Assembly: GCA_963828525.1 (NCBI GenBank)
Contig: CAWHEP010000009.1
Coordinates: 64,001 to 128,000, forward strand
Origin: an uncultured Verrucomicrobiae bacterium
Lineage (GTDB): Bacteria; Verrucomicrobiota; Verrucomicrobiia; Chthoniobacterales; Chthoniobacteraceae
DNA length: 64,000 nucleotides
Direction of reading: 5' to 3'
The position numbers were made by a program, and so were the translations under genes. This document shows positions 1-10,808 of the stretch, in pieces; position 1 is the first letter of the stretch; each line of letters begins with the position of its first letter. Below the pieces are notes generated by a model, which was given only the letters and a program-made list of their open reading frames with translations, did not search any database and was not told the DNA's origin.

Positions 1-229
1 TCGAAAATACCAGTTCCCGCAATCTCTTGCGATCCACCGAACCGTGCTCGGAACAGACCGCGGGGCCGAAATGCCTTCTTACTTGATCCAGCACTTCGGC
101 ATCCTGTGTCAGCAGTTGCCGGGCACAAACATCCGCGTCGAACAGTTCAGCAGTCATCAGGGAACTCAATTCGCGGACAAACGATGACTTCCCCGTCGCC
201 ACACCTCCGGTGATGCCGAGGATTGGCAA
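1..229 (-). CDS. coaE: dephospho-CoA kinase (5' part, runs off window)
   Basis: Manual translation from TTG at 229: MPILGITGGVATGKSSFVRELSSLMTAELFDADVCARQLL; GITGGxATGKS P-loop and DAD motif of CoaE. Not in the ORF track. Confidence 0.88.
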   Translation of the reverse strand, partial: MPILGITGGVATGKSSFVRELSSLMTAELFDADVCARQLLTQDAEVLDQVRRHFGPAVCSEHGSVDRKRLRELVFS

Positions 230-241
230 GGCGAACGCCCC

Positions 242-2890
242 CTACTTCTTGAATAGAGGCGATTCGGGCAAGACCGGAGGAGCGATAGAGTCGAGGGAAG
301 TAGGCTCCACGACTTCTTCTTTCTCTTCGTCGTTCTGCTGAATCAGTTCTCCGGCCGGATTGATCAACCTCGCGGTCACAAAGATGATCAGGTTATCCTT
401 GATATGCTGATCCACAGATGAGCGGAAGAGGCGTCCAACGAGCGGCAAATCGCCGAGGAGGGGAACCTTGTCGTCCACCTTCTGCACGTTCTCTTGCACC
501 AAGCCTCCAAGAACCACAGTGGCTCCATCCCAGATTGTGACACTCGTCGTGACCTTCCGTGTGCTGAAAATCGGCTGGTTGATGACATTCTGTGTGAGGA
601 CGATGGACGCGCTTTGACCCGTCGCGGCTGCGACGACCGATCCAAGGCCAAGGGCCGCAGGATTAATAGTCTGAATAGGGCTCCCATAGTTGATGAAACC
701 TTCGAACTCGACCACTTGGGGCACCAATGTCAGGTCGATGGTATAGCCGTCGGGGCCGACAGTGGGATCAACCTCCAGAGTGACACCTGTATTTCGCGTC
801 TCAAACGCAGTGGGCGTAGTAGGCGTGACTGGAAACACCGCGACGACAGAAGTTCCAAGGGCATTGCCGGTACCGCCGCCGCCAAAGTTTGTGGGGATCT
901 GGGGTGGCTCGAATTCTGTGGGGTAGCGGAATTCACGGATCACTTCGATCGTCGCGCGCTGACCGCTCTTGGTAGTGACACTTGGTGAGGACAAGAGATC
1001 CACACCCTTTTTCTGATTGAGCGCTCGGATGACAAGTTGGAACTGTGGTTGCGTAAATACACCCGCAAGACTGAAGATGGCGGGTGCCAGCGTTGTCCCT
1101 CCTGAGGCTGGTGCAAGCAGCGCGTTGATCGCGTCTGCCGTAATGGCGGCGGAGCCGCCCCTGTTGCCCGCCGTGAGCGGACTTCCGCCGATGGGGGTTG
1201 TTCCGCCTGGAGGGGTGAAGGGGAAGTCGGCCGTGTTAACAGCGCCCTGGTTCCCACTCGTGCCCCCGCCGCCGAAGATCTGATTCGCGCCACCCAAGCT
1301 GAACTGACCCAGTAATGAATCAAAGCTGAGCTCTTTCAGATTTGTCTGCTGAATCTGGATAAACTTCGACTCGATTGTGACCTGGGATGGCGACTGACTC
1401 TCTACGAGCGTGTCAATCAAATCCAAAGCCTCCTGTGTATCCCGCACGATGAGCCTGCTGCCCGCAGTAATATACACGGCACTCGCGCCCGGCGGAAATA
1501 CGACGCCGTTTTGTTCAAGAAAATCGCGGGCGTTTTTACGCGCTCCGATGTTCTGACCAGCCCCTGTAGCTTCCGCGCCCCCGCCGGTTCTCGCGCCACC
1601 AGTAGCAGGCCCCAGGGAACTCACAGCCGTGTTGGTTGAAGCTTCCACGCTGATGAATCCGGGGGGCACCCTGATATTCCTTTGTCACCAAAACGTCGGT
1701 GGGCTCTGACAAAGGCACGATCGAAACCGCATAAGGCTCAACCTTGATTTTTAAATTTGCCAACCCGGTAATGTAGCGGAGAGCTTCGTAAAGCGGAATA
1801 TTGGTGAGCGCTAGGGTGATACGGGCGTCGCTGGGAGAGACACTCGTCGCCGCAGGCGCGGCGGCGGGCGCAACTCCTGCCGCTTGATCAGGCGCTCCAG
1901 GTATGGCTGGAGTCGCGGGAGCTGCCGCGGCAGGGGCTGAAGAACTGCCGGGAGTCGAATCCGTCTTGAGCACGATGTTAACACCACGGCGGGTTGGGTC
2001 GGGTTCTGTCGTGTCCAGAGTGACACTCTTCTGCTTCAGAAAATCGATCGCTTCGCGCACCGTTGCATCCTGGAACTTGATGTTTGGGATGATGATGCGG
2101 TTCAGCTTGTTCACGATGGCGTCCGTGTTCTTGGAAGTGGTGGATACAGGAGGTCCAATGATTTCGTTCCGGCCATACTTGTGAACGGGTGATTCCCATG
2201 CCTTGTCCACTTCCCAAATCATACGCGAGCGATGTTCATCGTACGCCTGCCTGGCGTAGTTATCCCGGGCTAGATTGACTTGTTCTTCTCCTTTGCGCGC
2301 CGCGATATTGTACGGATCGAGGTTCAGAATCTGCTCATACCTCTTCATCGAAAGATCATAGCGACCACTGTCGTAATAGCCTTTTGCGTCGATGAACCAC
2401 TGCTTCACCTGATCAACATTGCCATGAAACTTCGGAGTAATCGTTTTGTTGAAGTAATCTGGATCCTGCAGATGGGCCAGCAGCGCTTTCGCGTCGCTGC
2501 AATCAGGATCATATTGATCTTGAAGGACTTGCTTGGCGATGTTTGTCGCGTCGGCATAGCGCCCTTCCGAAATACGCTGTTCGGAAAGCTTCACGCTCGA
2601 TACACAGAAGCCGTCGAGAGCGCGCTCTCGCAAGGCATGCGTCGCGGCGGACTCTGGCAGAAAATCCGCGGCGGACTTATACTGAGTCATCGCGACTTCA
2701 TAGTCTTTACCCTTCATCGCCCTGTCGCCCGCGACTATGGCAGCCCGGGCTCGTTCGGCGTATCCTGCCGCCGGGCAATCTCGCTTTCAGCGGAGGATTG
2801 CACCGTCCGCGTATAACTCGCGGCGAGAGAGGAGGCGGTGGTGACGGCCACGCCAAGGAGACAAAGTGCATGAACGGAAGGCTTAATCAT
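242..2890 (-). pseudogene. Amuc_1098-like PilQ/GspD secretin with N-terminal TPR region, split by two 1-nt frameshifts (possibly sequencing errors)
   Basis: The C-terminal ORF 242-1669 has secretin motifs (LLSSPSVTTKSGQRATI, GVTLEVDPTV, KVPLLGDLPLVGRLF). The middle ORF 1536-2717 has TPR-like helices and a secretin N-domain. A signal-peptide segment starts at ATG 2890. Frame breaks lie near 2761 and 1672. Confidence 0.85.
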
Positions 2891-2935
2891 AGATGAAGAT
2901 GGATTCTGTAAGGGGGACTCTTGGAAAAGCGGGGG

Positions 2936-3889
2936 TTAAGGCGCCTTTTCCGCGCCACCGGGAGCTATCTTGATTTTCTCCCCCGTTTTGGCGTTCTGAA
3001 TTAGCGCTTCCGCCTCGTTTATGTCAACCAATTTATATTGAACATCTGTTTCGGGAGTCACCGAGAAGGTTTTGTTTTTCTTCACCTGGAGATCGATGTT
3101 TCCCTTCCAAAGGTATTTAAACAGCCCGTACGAGTCGGGTGAATCGATCACCTTGTCCAAGATCAGGGTAAGCTTCTCGCTGGTCTCTGTATTCTGAATG
3201 AGCAATTCGGAATCATCGATGAGGACACCATTCGGGTCGGTGTGACTCTTTTTGTCGAAGCTCAAGATCTTGAACTTCGTGCCAGCGATATCGTCTCCAA
3301 TGTGCAGAAATTGACTCGGTTGTTTAACATCCAGAGTATTTATTTGAAAACTGTCGGCATCATAGGCGGCGAACTTGAGACGGAACGGTATCTTGATGAA
3401 ACGGGCGAGACGCAGCTTCGTCCAGTAAGCAGGGTGTGATTTCGGATCCTGGGGATCGGTCTTCCACGTGAATTCGTCTTGGTTCGAAAAGCCATCCCCA
3501 TCCGGATCATCCTCAAGCGCGGTGGGTTCAAGGGGATCGATTCCATGATCAAAAAACCACTGATTTGGAACAGGCGGATGGAATTGGATCGGTGTGGTCT
3601 TGGGATCAACCAACTGGCCATTGAAAACAATGTATGGATCGGAAACAAAGAGGGAGCCCTTTGGCGGAGGCGTCCACTGCGCGGGATTATCCAGCGCCTG
3701 GCGCGCCTTGGCGAGCGTGGAGGCATCTACGGGCGCAACGTTCCTGCTGATGCTTGACGGGTTCTTCAGATCATCAAAGACGTGCTGAAAAGCCATAACC
3801 TGGAAGATCAGGAACGCCGAGAGCGCGCAAAGCAGGAGCGCGCACGCCCCCAACGCAGCCTGATCGTAGTTCTTTTTTATCCAGTCCAT
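2936..3889 (-). CDS. Amuc_1099-like pilus-system protein
   Basis: N-terminal TM (MDWIKKNYDQAAL...), a DPDGDGFSNQDE...TDPQDPKSHP Ca-binding TSP3-like repeat, and position directly upstream of the secretin. Confidence 0.75.
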   Translation of the reverse strand: MDWIKKNYDQAALGACALLLCALSAFLIFQVMAFQHVFDDLKNPSSISRNVAPVDASTLAKARQALDNPAQWTPPPKGSLFVSDPYIVFNGQLVDPKTTPIQFHPPVPNQWFFDHGIDPLEPTALEDDPDGDGFSNQDEFTWKTDPQDPKSHPAYWTKLRLARFIKIPFRLKFAAYDADSFQINTLDVKQPSQFLHIGDDIAGTKFKILSFDKKSHTDPNGVLIDDSELLIQNTETSEKLTLILDKVIDSPDSYGLFKYLWKGNIDLQVKKNKTFSVTPETDVQYKLVDINEAEALIQNAKTGEKIKIAPGGAEKAP

Positions 3890-3893
3890 TTAT

Positions 3894-4760
3894 TCAGGTG
3901 TTCGGTGCCGGGATGACAAAATCCACTATGTCGATTCTGAGAGCGACCTTCACACTTTCAGTGCCCAAGACGAACTGGAACCGCGCCTTCTCACCAGCAG
4001 GGGCAGGAGTCGCAGCGCCGCCGGGAAGCGCGCGAGGGGGCCCTTTATCGTTCGAATTGGCAATGCGAACAGAGCGGACAACGAAAAATTGCTCCTTCGC
4101 GCTTACGACTCCATTTAGAAACCGCCGGAAACCGGGCTGAAGGGTGGTGAACTTAAGATCGAACGGGTAATAAGCAACGAGCGGCTTCTTAACAGCGGCC
4201 CCTTTCAAAGGAGCGCCTTGCTCTTGTGGGAGGGGCAGCCTGTTAATCGCGTCTACGGAAAGAACTCCCCTCGCCTCCAGCAACTGGTTCATGACGATCT
4301 CTATGGCTTTGAGCTGCCTGCCCAGCGGAGAAGCGGCTTCAGCTTTCGGGGGAACATTCCGGTAGGACTCAAATCCAAGGTAAAATCCATCCGGGAGCTT
4401 CACGCCGGCGGCAGCGGCCTTTGTGACATACTGCGCGACTGACTGTTTGAGAGCATCCTGAAATTGTACCGCGGTGATTTGCGGTTCAGGCAACTCCTGG
4501 GCAGCCAGTGTCTTGCGGAGATCATCAACTCCAGCGGCAAAGACGTCTTTCTGTTCCTTATACTTCCGCAGGTTCTGATCGTCCGGGTACGGCTGCAAAC
4601 TTTGCAACCTCAGAAGCTGAGCTACCTGCCCGTTATAGGTCTCGGACACTTCCGCATAGTTTCCATAGGCGGTATATAAAAGGAATCCCAACCCGGCGAT
4701 GCCTAAAAACATCGCGAGGAAAAAGGCGGCGAGGAATTTGTTATCGCGAACCCAATTCAT
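3894..4760 (-). CDS. Amuc_1100-like (PilO-like) pilus-associated protein
   Basis: MNWVRDNKFLA N-terminal TM, coiled region, FYLGFESYR motif, and position between PilM and the Amuc_1099-like gene. Confidence 0.78.
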   Translation of the reverse strand: MNWVRDNKFLAAFFLAMFLGIAGLGFLLYTAYGNYAEVSETYNGQVAQLLRLQSLQPYPDDQNLRKYKEQKDVFAAGVDDLRKTLAAQELPEPQITAVQFQDALKQSVAQYVTKAAAAGVKLPDGFYLGFESYRNVPPKAEAASPLGRQLKAIEIVMNQLLEARGVLSVDAINRLPLPQEQGAPLKGAAVKKPLVAYYPFDLKFTTLQPGFRRFLNGVVSAKEQFFVVRSVRIANSNDKGPPRALPGGAATPAPAGEKARFQFVLGTESVKVALRIDIVDFVIPAPNT

Positions 4761-6531
4761 TCAGGTTAATGGCTTTCTTGAGTTTCAGGTCGATTTCAAA
4801 GGGGTATGCCCACTCGGTGCGGGTCGGATTGGTGCGCAGCGGATTGACCTCATTCGTCTTGGTGAAATCAGCGCTGTACAACGGAGACTGCGCCAGGTTC
4901 TTCAGGAAATCATCGACCACCGCCAGACCCCGGGGATTCTGCGGATCCTCGATGTATAACCCGCGGATCCTGACCCCCACAACGGGAGGCTTCGCGCCGG
5001 CAGCAACCGAAGCGGAACCGGCTCCTCCTTCAACAGCAATGGGAGCGGCTACACCCTTCCCGCTGGCGTCCACGGACACCATCGCGGGATCAAGATTGGT
5101 GATCCAGATCAGCCGCTCCGGAAGACGAGCATTCAGATCATTTACGACGCTCGCCCAGTATTGACGGTCATCCGTGGCCACAAGGAACGGCGCTGCTTTC
5201 TCCTCAAGAGTTTTGATATCCTTATGCACGGCATCAAACTTGTCCGAGAACCGCTGCAACCCCGCGACCCGAGTCGTGAGAGAAAGCTGGGGATTAAGCG
5301 GATTATCCAACACGGCCCGTTCAACGGAGGCGGCGTGATCATAATAAAGCCAGGTCCCGAGAAGGCATAAGAGGATGCAGATACCCGAAAGGATGATGAA
5401 AGGCCGGCGCTCCGCCAAGGTATGCCCCTTGACGACACTGACAGGGAGCAGATTCAGCTCCATCGGACAGGCACTGATTGCCCTGAGACTTAGTCCCACG
5501 AGTTCGCCCAACACATGGGCGTGCTTCGCGACATCCTCGGCTGTGAGAGAACTCGCGAGCGAGACATTCCGGAACGGGGTGAAGAACTCAACAGGCAGTT
5601 GAAGTTTTTCCTGGAAGAACTCCCGCATGTAAGGAAGGCTCGCTGAACCTCCGCATAGATAGACTTGGGTCGGAGCGGCTCCCTGCTGCTGGGCGCGATA
5701 GAAGGTGATGGAACGGGAAATTTCGCCGTGAAGACGCGTCATCGTGTTGCGGATGACCTTGGAAACGCGCGCCACTTCCGGATCGGGAGGCTCCGCGTAG
5801 GATCCGCCAAGACTGACAAAGCCCGTTGTCTTCTTCCGAGCCTCGGCGGCTCCGAATGGTTCGTTGAAGTCTTTCGCGATCGCCGCCGTGATTGTAGTGC
5901 CGCCGATCTGTATGCTGCGCGTGAAAACCTTATGCGGTTCTACAAAGATGAGGTTTGTGGTTCTTGCCCCGATGTCGATGAGAAGAGCGCATCCAGACCT
6001 GTCGCTGTAGTTATAACGAAAGGCATTATAAAGCGCCATCGGCGCGACATCCACCGTGGCTGTCGCGAGCCCCGAGCCCTCAACGCAGTCGTTCAGATCA
6101 TCGAGGAGATCAGACTTTATGGCGACCAGCACGACTTCGAGCTTCTTGTCGCCGGGCGCTCCTTGCACAAGCTGGTAATCCCAGACGACTTCATCGATGG
6201 GGAATGGCACATTTTGCTGTGCTTCGAAGGTGATGATCTGCTCGACCTGGCTCTCCTCAACCGGTGGCAGCTTTACGAAGCGGGTAAAGACAGATTGCCC
6301 AGAGATCGCGTAGTTGATTTTGCCGCCCTTTACACGGAGAGCGGCCATCATTTCCTGGACTGCGATCTTTGTCTGAGGAATGCGCGAGGCTTCCGCCGCC
6401 GGATCCGCCAGGAGTTCAGTCGTCCGGTATGCTGTCAACACCAAACCGCCCTTGTCACTGGTCTTAAACTCGGCAAGACCGATGGTCTGCGTCCCGAGAT
6501 TAAGGCTCAGAATTCGAGTCGGCGCGGGCAT
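4741..6531 (-). CDS. pilM: type IV pilus assembly protein PilM fused to a PilN-like membrane domain (Amuc_1101-like)
   Basis: Actin-like motifs (LNLGTQTI, EAQQNVPFPIDEVVWDY, IDIGARTT, LCGGSASL), then a PilN-like 'LNLLP' motif, a TM segment and a periplasmic domain. Confidence 0.88.
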   Translation of the reverse strand: MPAPTRILSLNLGTQTIGLAEFKTSDKGGLVLTAYRTTELLADPAAEASRIPQTKIAVQEMMAALRVKGGKINYAISGQSVFTRFVKLPPVEESQVEQIITFEAQQNVPFPIDEVVWDYQLVQGAPGDKKLEVVLVAIKSDLLDDLNDCVEGSGLATATVDVAPMALYNAFRYNYSDRSGCALLIDIGARTTNLIFVEPHKVFTRSIQIGGTTITAAIAKDFNEPFGAAEARKKTTGFVSLGGSYAEPPDPEVARVSKVIRNTMTRLHGEISRSITFYRAQQQGAAPTQVYLCGGSASLPYMREFFQEKLQLPVEFFTPFRNVSLASSLTAEDVAKHAHVLGELVGLSLRAISACPMELNLLPVSVVKGHTLAERRPFIILSGICILLCLLGTWLYYDHAASVERAVLDNPLNPQLSLTTRVAGLQRFSDKFDAVHKDIKTLEEKAAPFLVATDDRQYWASVVNDLNARLPERLIWITNLDPAMVSVDASGKGVAAPIAVEGGAGSASVAAGAKPPVVGVRIRGLYIEDPQNPRGLAVVDDFLKNLAQSPLYSADFTKTNEVNPLRTNPTRTEWAYPFEIDLKLKKAINLNELGSR

Positions 6532-6563
6532 GAATGTGTATCTGGGGAGTCTTGGAAAGTCCT

Positions 6564-7130
6564 TTAGCGGGCGCTTGTTCTAATCGCTTCGTATCGATCC
6601 CAATAAAGCGGGGCGAAAGGCGTTTCGAGTTTATTGAGAACCATTCCCTGAGTCTGCTGCATCTGCTGCCACCATTCCGCCTGCCCGGCATCCTTGAAAC
6701 TTCGCTCCGCGACCAACTGGCCCTTATTCAAAATCTGAATCCCGACATTGTCCAAGGACGCGCTGGTGACAGCGTGATTCTCGAGAATGCGCGCAATCGA
6801 GCGAGGGGAGACATACATCACGGAGTAAAGTTCCCTGCCTTTCGGGATGTTGATGTGGGTCACCTCGCCGGCAAGGAGTTTGCCGCCCATCGCCACGTAA
6901 TACTTAAATGTAAGCTCGTCCGTGAAGTCCACCTTGGAGAGGAATGCAACCTCGATCTCGAGCCACTGCTCGCTCTTTCCGAAGCGTTTTGTCTCGCCCC
7001 CAACCAGGGAGTATTCTGGAGTCCGCACGAAAGCCGGCGAGATTTTCGTGATCGTGTACTCGGCGGCCTGTCCAAATGCGGAAGCCGCTGACAGCACGAG
7101 GGGGAGGAAAAGAAGGGAAGCTTTGTTCAT
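6564..7130 (-). CDS. Amuc_1102-like secreted pilus-system protein
   Basis: Signal peptide, WLEIEV and ETPFAPLYWDRY motifs; first gene of the pilus cluster. Confidence 0.72.
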   Translation of the reverse strand: MNKASLLFLPLVLSAASAFGQAAEYTITKISPAFVRTPEYSLVGGETKRFGKSEQWLEIEVAFLSKVDFTDELTFKYYVAMGGKLLAGEVTHINIPKGRELYSVMYVSPRSIARILENHAVTSASLDNVGIQILNKGQLVAERSFKDAGQAEWWQQMQQTQGMVLNKLETPFAPLYWDRYEAIRTSAR

Positions 7131-7210
7131 AAATGGGGGGAGTTGTTAACGCGTAATTCACTCAGCGCGAATTCGCCAGCTTTAATCGCTCGAATCTTCA
7201 ACAATGGCGC

Positions 7211-8167
7211 TTAAACACGGGCGCGGAAGTAGTCGATGGTCGTCTTGATGCCCTCCTCAAAGGCGACCTTCGGCTCCCAGCCCAGCACGGCCTTCGCTCG
7301 GGTGATGTCCGGCTGCCGCACTTTCGGATCATCCACGGGGAGGGGCCGGTGTTCTATGACCGACGTCGTTTTGATGAGCCGGATAATTTCCTCCGCGAAC
7401 TGTTTGATCGTCATCTCCCGCGGATTCCCGATGTTGACAGGGTCATGGAAGTCACTCATTGCAAGCCTGAAAATTCCGTCGATAAGATCAGACACATAAC
7501 AGAAGCTGCGCGTCTGGCTCCCATCCCCGAAGATAGTCAACGGAGCTCCTGTGAGAGCCTGCCCGATGAACGCGGGAACCACCCTGCCATCATGCAAACG
7601 CATGCGCGGGCCGTACGTATTGAAGATGCGCACAATCCTCGTGTCGACACCGTGATATCGATGATAGGCCATCGTCATCGCTTCCGCGAAGCGCTTGGCC
7701 TCGTCATAAACACCGCGCGGGCCGATCGGATTCACGTTGCCCCAATAATTTTCCGTCTGGGGATGCTCCAAGGGATCGCCATACGTTTCTGAAGTCGAAG
7801 CGATGATGAAAGTGGCTTTCTTGTCCTTCGCCAAACCGAGCGTGTTGTGCGTTCCCAGAGCGCCCACCTTCAGCGTTGGAATTGGAAACTCCAGGTAATC
7901 AATCGGGCTCGCCGGAGAAGCAAAGTGAAACACAAAGTCGACCTCGCCGGGCAGAAAGATATACTGGGTAACGTCCTGTTTGATGAAACGATAATTTTCG
8001 TTCCCCGACAGGTGCTCGATGTTCGCGGCGTTCCCGGTGATGAAGTTATCGATTGCGATGACCCGGTGTCCCTCCTTAAGGAGGCGATCCGTCAGATGCG
8101 AACCTAGAAATCCGGCACCGCCCGTAACCACCGATGTGAACTGTCTGTCTAGAGGCTTTTCGCGCAT
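7211..8167 (-). CDS. UDP-glucuronate decarboxylase (UDP-xylose synthase) family SDR
   Basis: [54 protein letters not shown]. Confidence 0.9.
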   Translation of the reverse strand: MREKPLDRQFTSVVTGGAGFLGSHLTDRLLKEGHRVIAIDNFITGNAANIEHLSGNENYRFIKQDVTQYIFLPGEVDFVFHFASPASPIDYLEFPIPTLKVGALGTHNTLGLAKDKKATFIIASTSETYGDPLEHPQTENYWGNVNPIGPRGVYDEAKRFAEAMTMAYHRYHGVDTRIVRIFNTYGPRMRLHDGRVVPAFIGQALTGAPLTIFGDGSQTRSFCYVSDLIDGIFRLAMSDFHDPVNIGNPREMTIKQFAEEIIRLIKTTSVIEHRPLPVDDPKVRQPDITRAKAVLGWEPKVAFEEGIKTTIDYFRARV

Positions 8168-8229
8168 AAAAATGGTGTTTGTAGCGAGTGTTCCGATCTT
8201 TTACCAGAGATTCCGAAGGTTTCGAGCGG

Positions 8230-9621
8230 CTACCGCGCTCCCAACCCAAAAACAACAACCGGAATTGTTTTCAGAAGAATCTTAAAATCAAGCCAGATCG
8301 ACCAATTGTCGATGTATTTGAGGTCCAGCCTGACCCATTCCTGAAAATCCCTGACCTTGTTGCGTCCGCTCACCTGCCAGAGGCAAGTCATGCCGGGCTT
8401 TACACTTAGCCGCCGCCGTTGCGCGGTGTTCTCGAACTTTTCGACCTCATACACAGGAAGAGGGCGCGGACCGACGAGGCTCATGTGTCCTTGCAGGACA
8501 TTGATCAACTGGGGCAACTCGTCGATGCTCGTCATCCGCAACCATCTCCCAAACGATGTGATCCGCGGGTCGTTGCCGATTTTAAATACCGGACCTGACA
8601 TCTCGTTACGCTCCGCGAGCGCCATCCTCCGCATCTCGGCGTCGCTCTGCATGGAGCGCAACTTATACATCACGAACGGCTTGCCGTGACGGCCCGCGCG
8701 GCTTTGACGGAAAATCACAGGGCCAGGCGACGTGAGCTTTATGCCAATCGCGGCGGCGATGAAAAAGGGTGATGAAAGCACGAGGACAATGGCAGCGCCG
8801 ACGCGATCAACGACTCCCTTTACAAAAAGAGCCCACGAAACCGCCGGAGTGGTGCGGAAAACGATCACCGGGTGCGACCCGAGAACGTCGAAGTCGGGGC
8901 GGGCGATGGACGTTTTCACAAAATCCGCGATGAGCCACGCCTCCACCCCTTCGATCTCGCACGCGGCGATCGCCTCCTGGAGGCGATTCAGGTGTCCATG
9001 GCCGCCGGCGAAGATAACGCGGCTGACAGCGTGGCGATGCAGCGCCTCAATCAGAGTCGCGACGGGTTGTGTCTCGATATCGATCTCTCCCACGATGTCC
9101 ATTTCGAGCAGTTGATGCGGGGAAAAACTTTCGCGCAGCCCCTTTATGTCAAGCGGCACGCCAGCGAGAATGACGTTCTCCCGGAATCGACCGTCCCTCG
9201 CTCGCCTTTTCAGCGAGCGCATTGTCACGCGTTCTCGCAAAAGAAGGACGGAAGCGGCAAGCGGGGCAAACAGGAGCATCACAGCGCGGCTGGGCAGATC
9301 CACTCGCAGGAAAAGCACGCAACCCGCCACCAGCAAGCAGAACCAGAACCCAGCCTGGAGCATCTGGGAAAAGGACTTCAGGATGTTCTTGTGGAGGGGA
9401 TGACTGTAGAATCCCTGCATTTCAAGGATGATTGGCCCAAAAGGGATGATAATAAACAGGAGCCAACGAAACTCTGAGAAAGGCTGGATTGGCCTCTCCA
9501 GGTTGAACCATTCTGTGCCTCTATACCGGAGGACGTGCGCAACCCAAAAGGCGAGCACAAGCCCCGCTCCATCCAGAACTTGCTGGAATTGCAGGTTGAA
9601 TTCTTGTTTCCTACCTAACAT
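8230..9621 (-). CDS. polyprenyl-phosphate glycosylphosphotransferase (priming sugar transferase, WcaJ/WbaP-like)
   Basis: Four N-terminal TMs and a C-terminal Bac_transf domain (KLRSM, DPRIT, SIDELPQLINVLQGHMSLVGPRP, VKPGMTCLWQVSGR). Confidence 0.9.
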   Translation of the reverse strand: MLGRKQEFNLQFQQVLDGAGLVLAFWVAHVLRYRGTEWFNLERPIQPFSEFRWLLFIIIPFGPIILEMQGFYSHPLHKNILKSFSQMLQAGFWFCLLVAGCVLFLRVDLPSRAVMLLFAPLAASVLLLRERVTMRSLKRRARDGRFRENVILAGVPLDIKGLRESFSPHQLLEMDIVGEIDIETQPVATLIEALHRHAVSRVIFAGGHGHLNRLQEAIAACEIEGVEAWLIADFVKTSIARPDFDVLGSHPVIVFRTTPAVSWALFVKGVVDRVGAAIVLVLSSPFFIAAAIGIKLTSPGPVIFRQSRAGRHGKPFVMYKLRSMQSDAEMRRMALAERNEMSGPVFKIGNDPRITSFGRWLRMTSIDELPQLINVLQGHMSLVGPRPLPVYEVEKFENTAQRRRLSVKPGMTCLWQVSGRNKVRDFQEWVRLDLKYIDNWSIWLDFKILLKTIPVVVFGLGAR

Positions 9622-9662
9622 TCTCGCAGAGGTGGAAGGTGCCGCTTGGAAGATGGAGCTTC

Positions 9663-10358
9663 ATGAAGTTTAGCGCAGCTAATAACGTTTTATCATCTCC
9701 TCCGCTGGTTGTCGGCACAATTCACTCCGAGGGCGCCCTGAAAGTTGCCGCGAAGATAGGCAGGGGGGCTTTGGACTTCCTGGAAGTACGGGTCGACGCG
9801 TTCCAAGCGCCGTTCGATAAACTGGTGTCAGCAGTCTCAAAGCTGAAGATACCGCTGATCGTCACCGTTCGCCACCCCAAAGAGGGATGCGTGTTCCCGC
9901 TTTCCACGGCAGAGCGCTCGCGGCTCTACGCTCAATTCCTTCCACTCGCCACCCTCGTGGATGTCGAGTTGAGATCCCTACAAACGATGGGTCACATCTT
10001 GCAGTCCGCCCGGGAGGCGCAGAAGGGCATCATCCTGTCCTTTCACGATTTCGTGAAGACGCCGCGTATCGCTCAGCTTGATCGATTCGCGCGGGACGCC
10101 TCCGAAGCTGGCGCCGATCTGTTTAAAGTTGCTGCCGTCGTCAAGAAGCCACAGCAACTCTGCAGGCTGCTTGAGTTCACAGCGTCGCGCGAAGCGGGTT
10201 CCTTGAGCGTCATGGGGATGGGGACGTACGGAAAGGTCTCTCGTCTCCTGCTCGCGCAGGCGGGATCAGTCCTCAACTACGGTTACCTGGACCGCCCCCA
10301 GGTGGCAGGCCAATGGGATGCTATAGTCTTGAAGAAGCGTTTGGCGGAACTCGCCTAG
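9663..10358 (+). CDS. aroD: type I 3-dehydroquinate dehydratase
   Basis: DFLEVRVD, IVTVRHPKEG, DVEL, ILSFHDF, ADLFKVA, MGMGTYGKVSR, AGQ motifs; start moved to ATG 9663. Confidence 0.88.
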   Translation: MKFSAANNVLSSPPLVVGTIHSEGALKVAAKIGRGALDFLEVRVDAFQAPFDKLVSAVSKLKIPLIVTVRHPKEGCVFPLSTAERSRLYAQFLPLATLVDVELRSLQTMGHILQSAREAQKGIILSFHDFVKTPRIAQLDRFARDASEAGADLFKVAAVVKKPQQLCRLLEFTASREAGSLSVMGMGTYGKVSRLLLAQAGSVLNYGYLDRPQVAGQWDAIVLKKRLAELA

Positions 10359-10735
10359 GCCTGGGGAGTAGTCGCGCCAGGGTTCAAAACACGCATGACA
10401 GCAGAGTATATCTCGCTCGGTCCTAGTCCCTTACTTACGTAGCCATTCGCTCCGGCGTATCTGGCGGCCTGCATCATCTCCTCGTCGTATCCCAATCCTG
10501 TGAATATGATGATTGGCAGCTCGAAATATCGGGATCGAAGAATCGAGATGAGCGATAGCCCATCAATCTTTGGCATCCCTATGTCCAAAATCACCGCATC
10601 GCATTTGTTGCCGTCCAGCCACGCCTCAACTTTGGAACTGTCGGTGAGGGCGGCGCAGCTATGGCCTTTGCTTCGCAAATAGGTGACCAGGAAGCGGTTA
10701 AGGAGACGGTTATCGTCAACGACTAGGAAATTCAT
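10355..10735 (-). CDS. single-domain CheY-like response regulator
   Basis: FLVVDD, ILDIGMPKIDG, IIFTG, GANGYVSK; receiver domain only; start at ATG 10735. Confidence 0.88.
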   Translation of the reverse strand: MNFLVVDDNRLLNRFLVTYLRSKGHSCAALTDSSKVEAWLDGNKCDAVILDIGMPKIDGLSLISILRSRYFELPIIIFTGLGYDEEMMQAARYAGANGYVSKGLGPSEIYSAVMRVLNPGATTPQA

Positions 10736-10808
10736 TCGGTGATCCTTCGGGTTTTGGCATCGGGCAGCATCTCCGAAGAGAGCAGAACGCGTACCATTGT
10801 TCCATCTC

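Noticed and set aside
1840..1960. Ala/Pro-rich low-complexity repeats in the secretin (also in LptA and DUF1844)
   Set aside because: Ordinary flexible protein linkers, not DNA repeat elements.
7131..7210. Sigma-54 promoter upstream of the pilus cluster
   Set aside because: TGGC is present on the minus strand but the -12 TTGC is missing at the required spacing.
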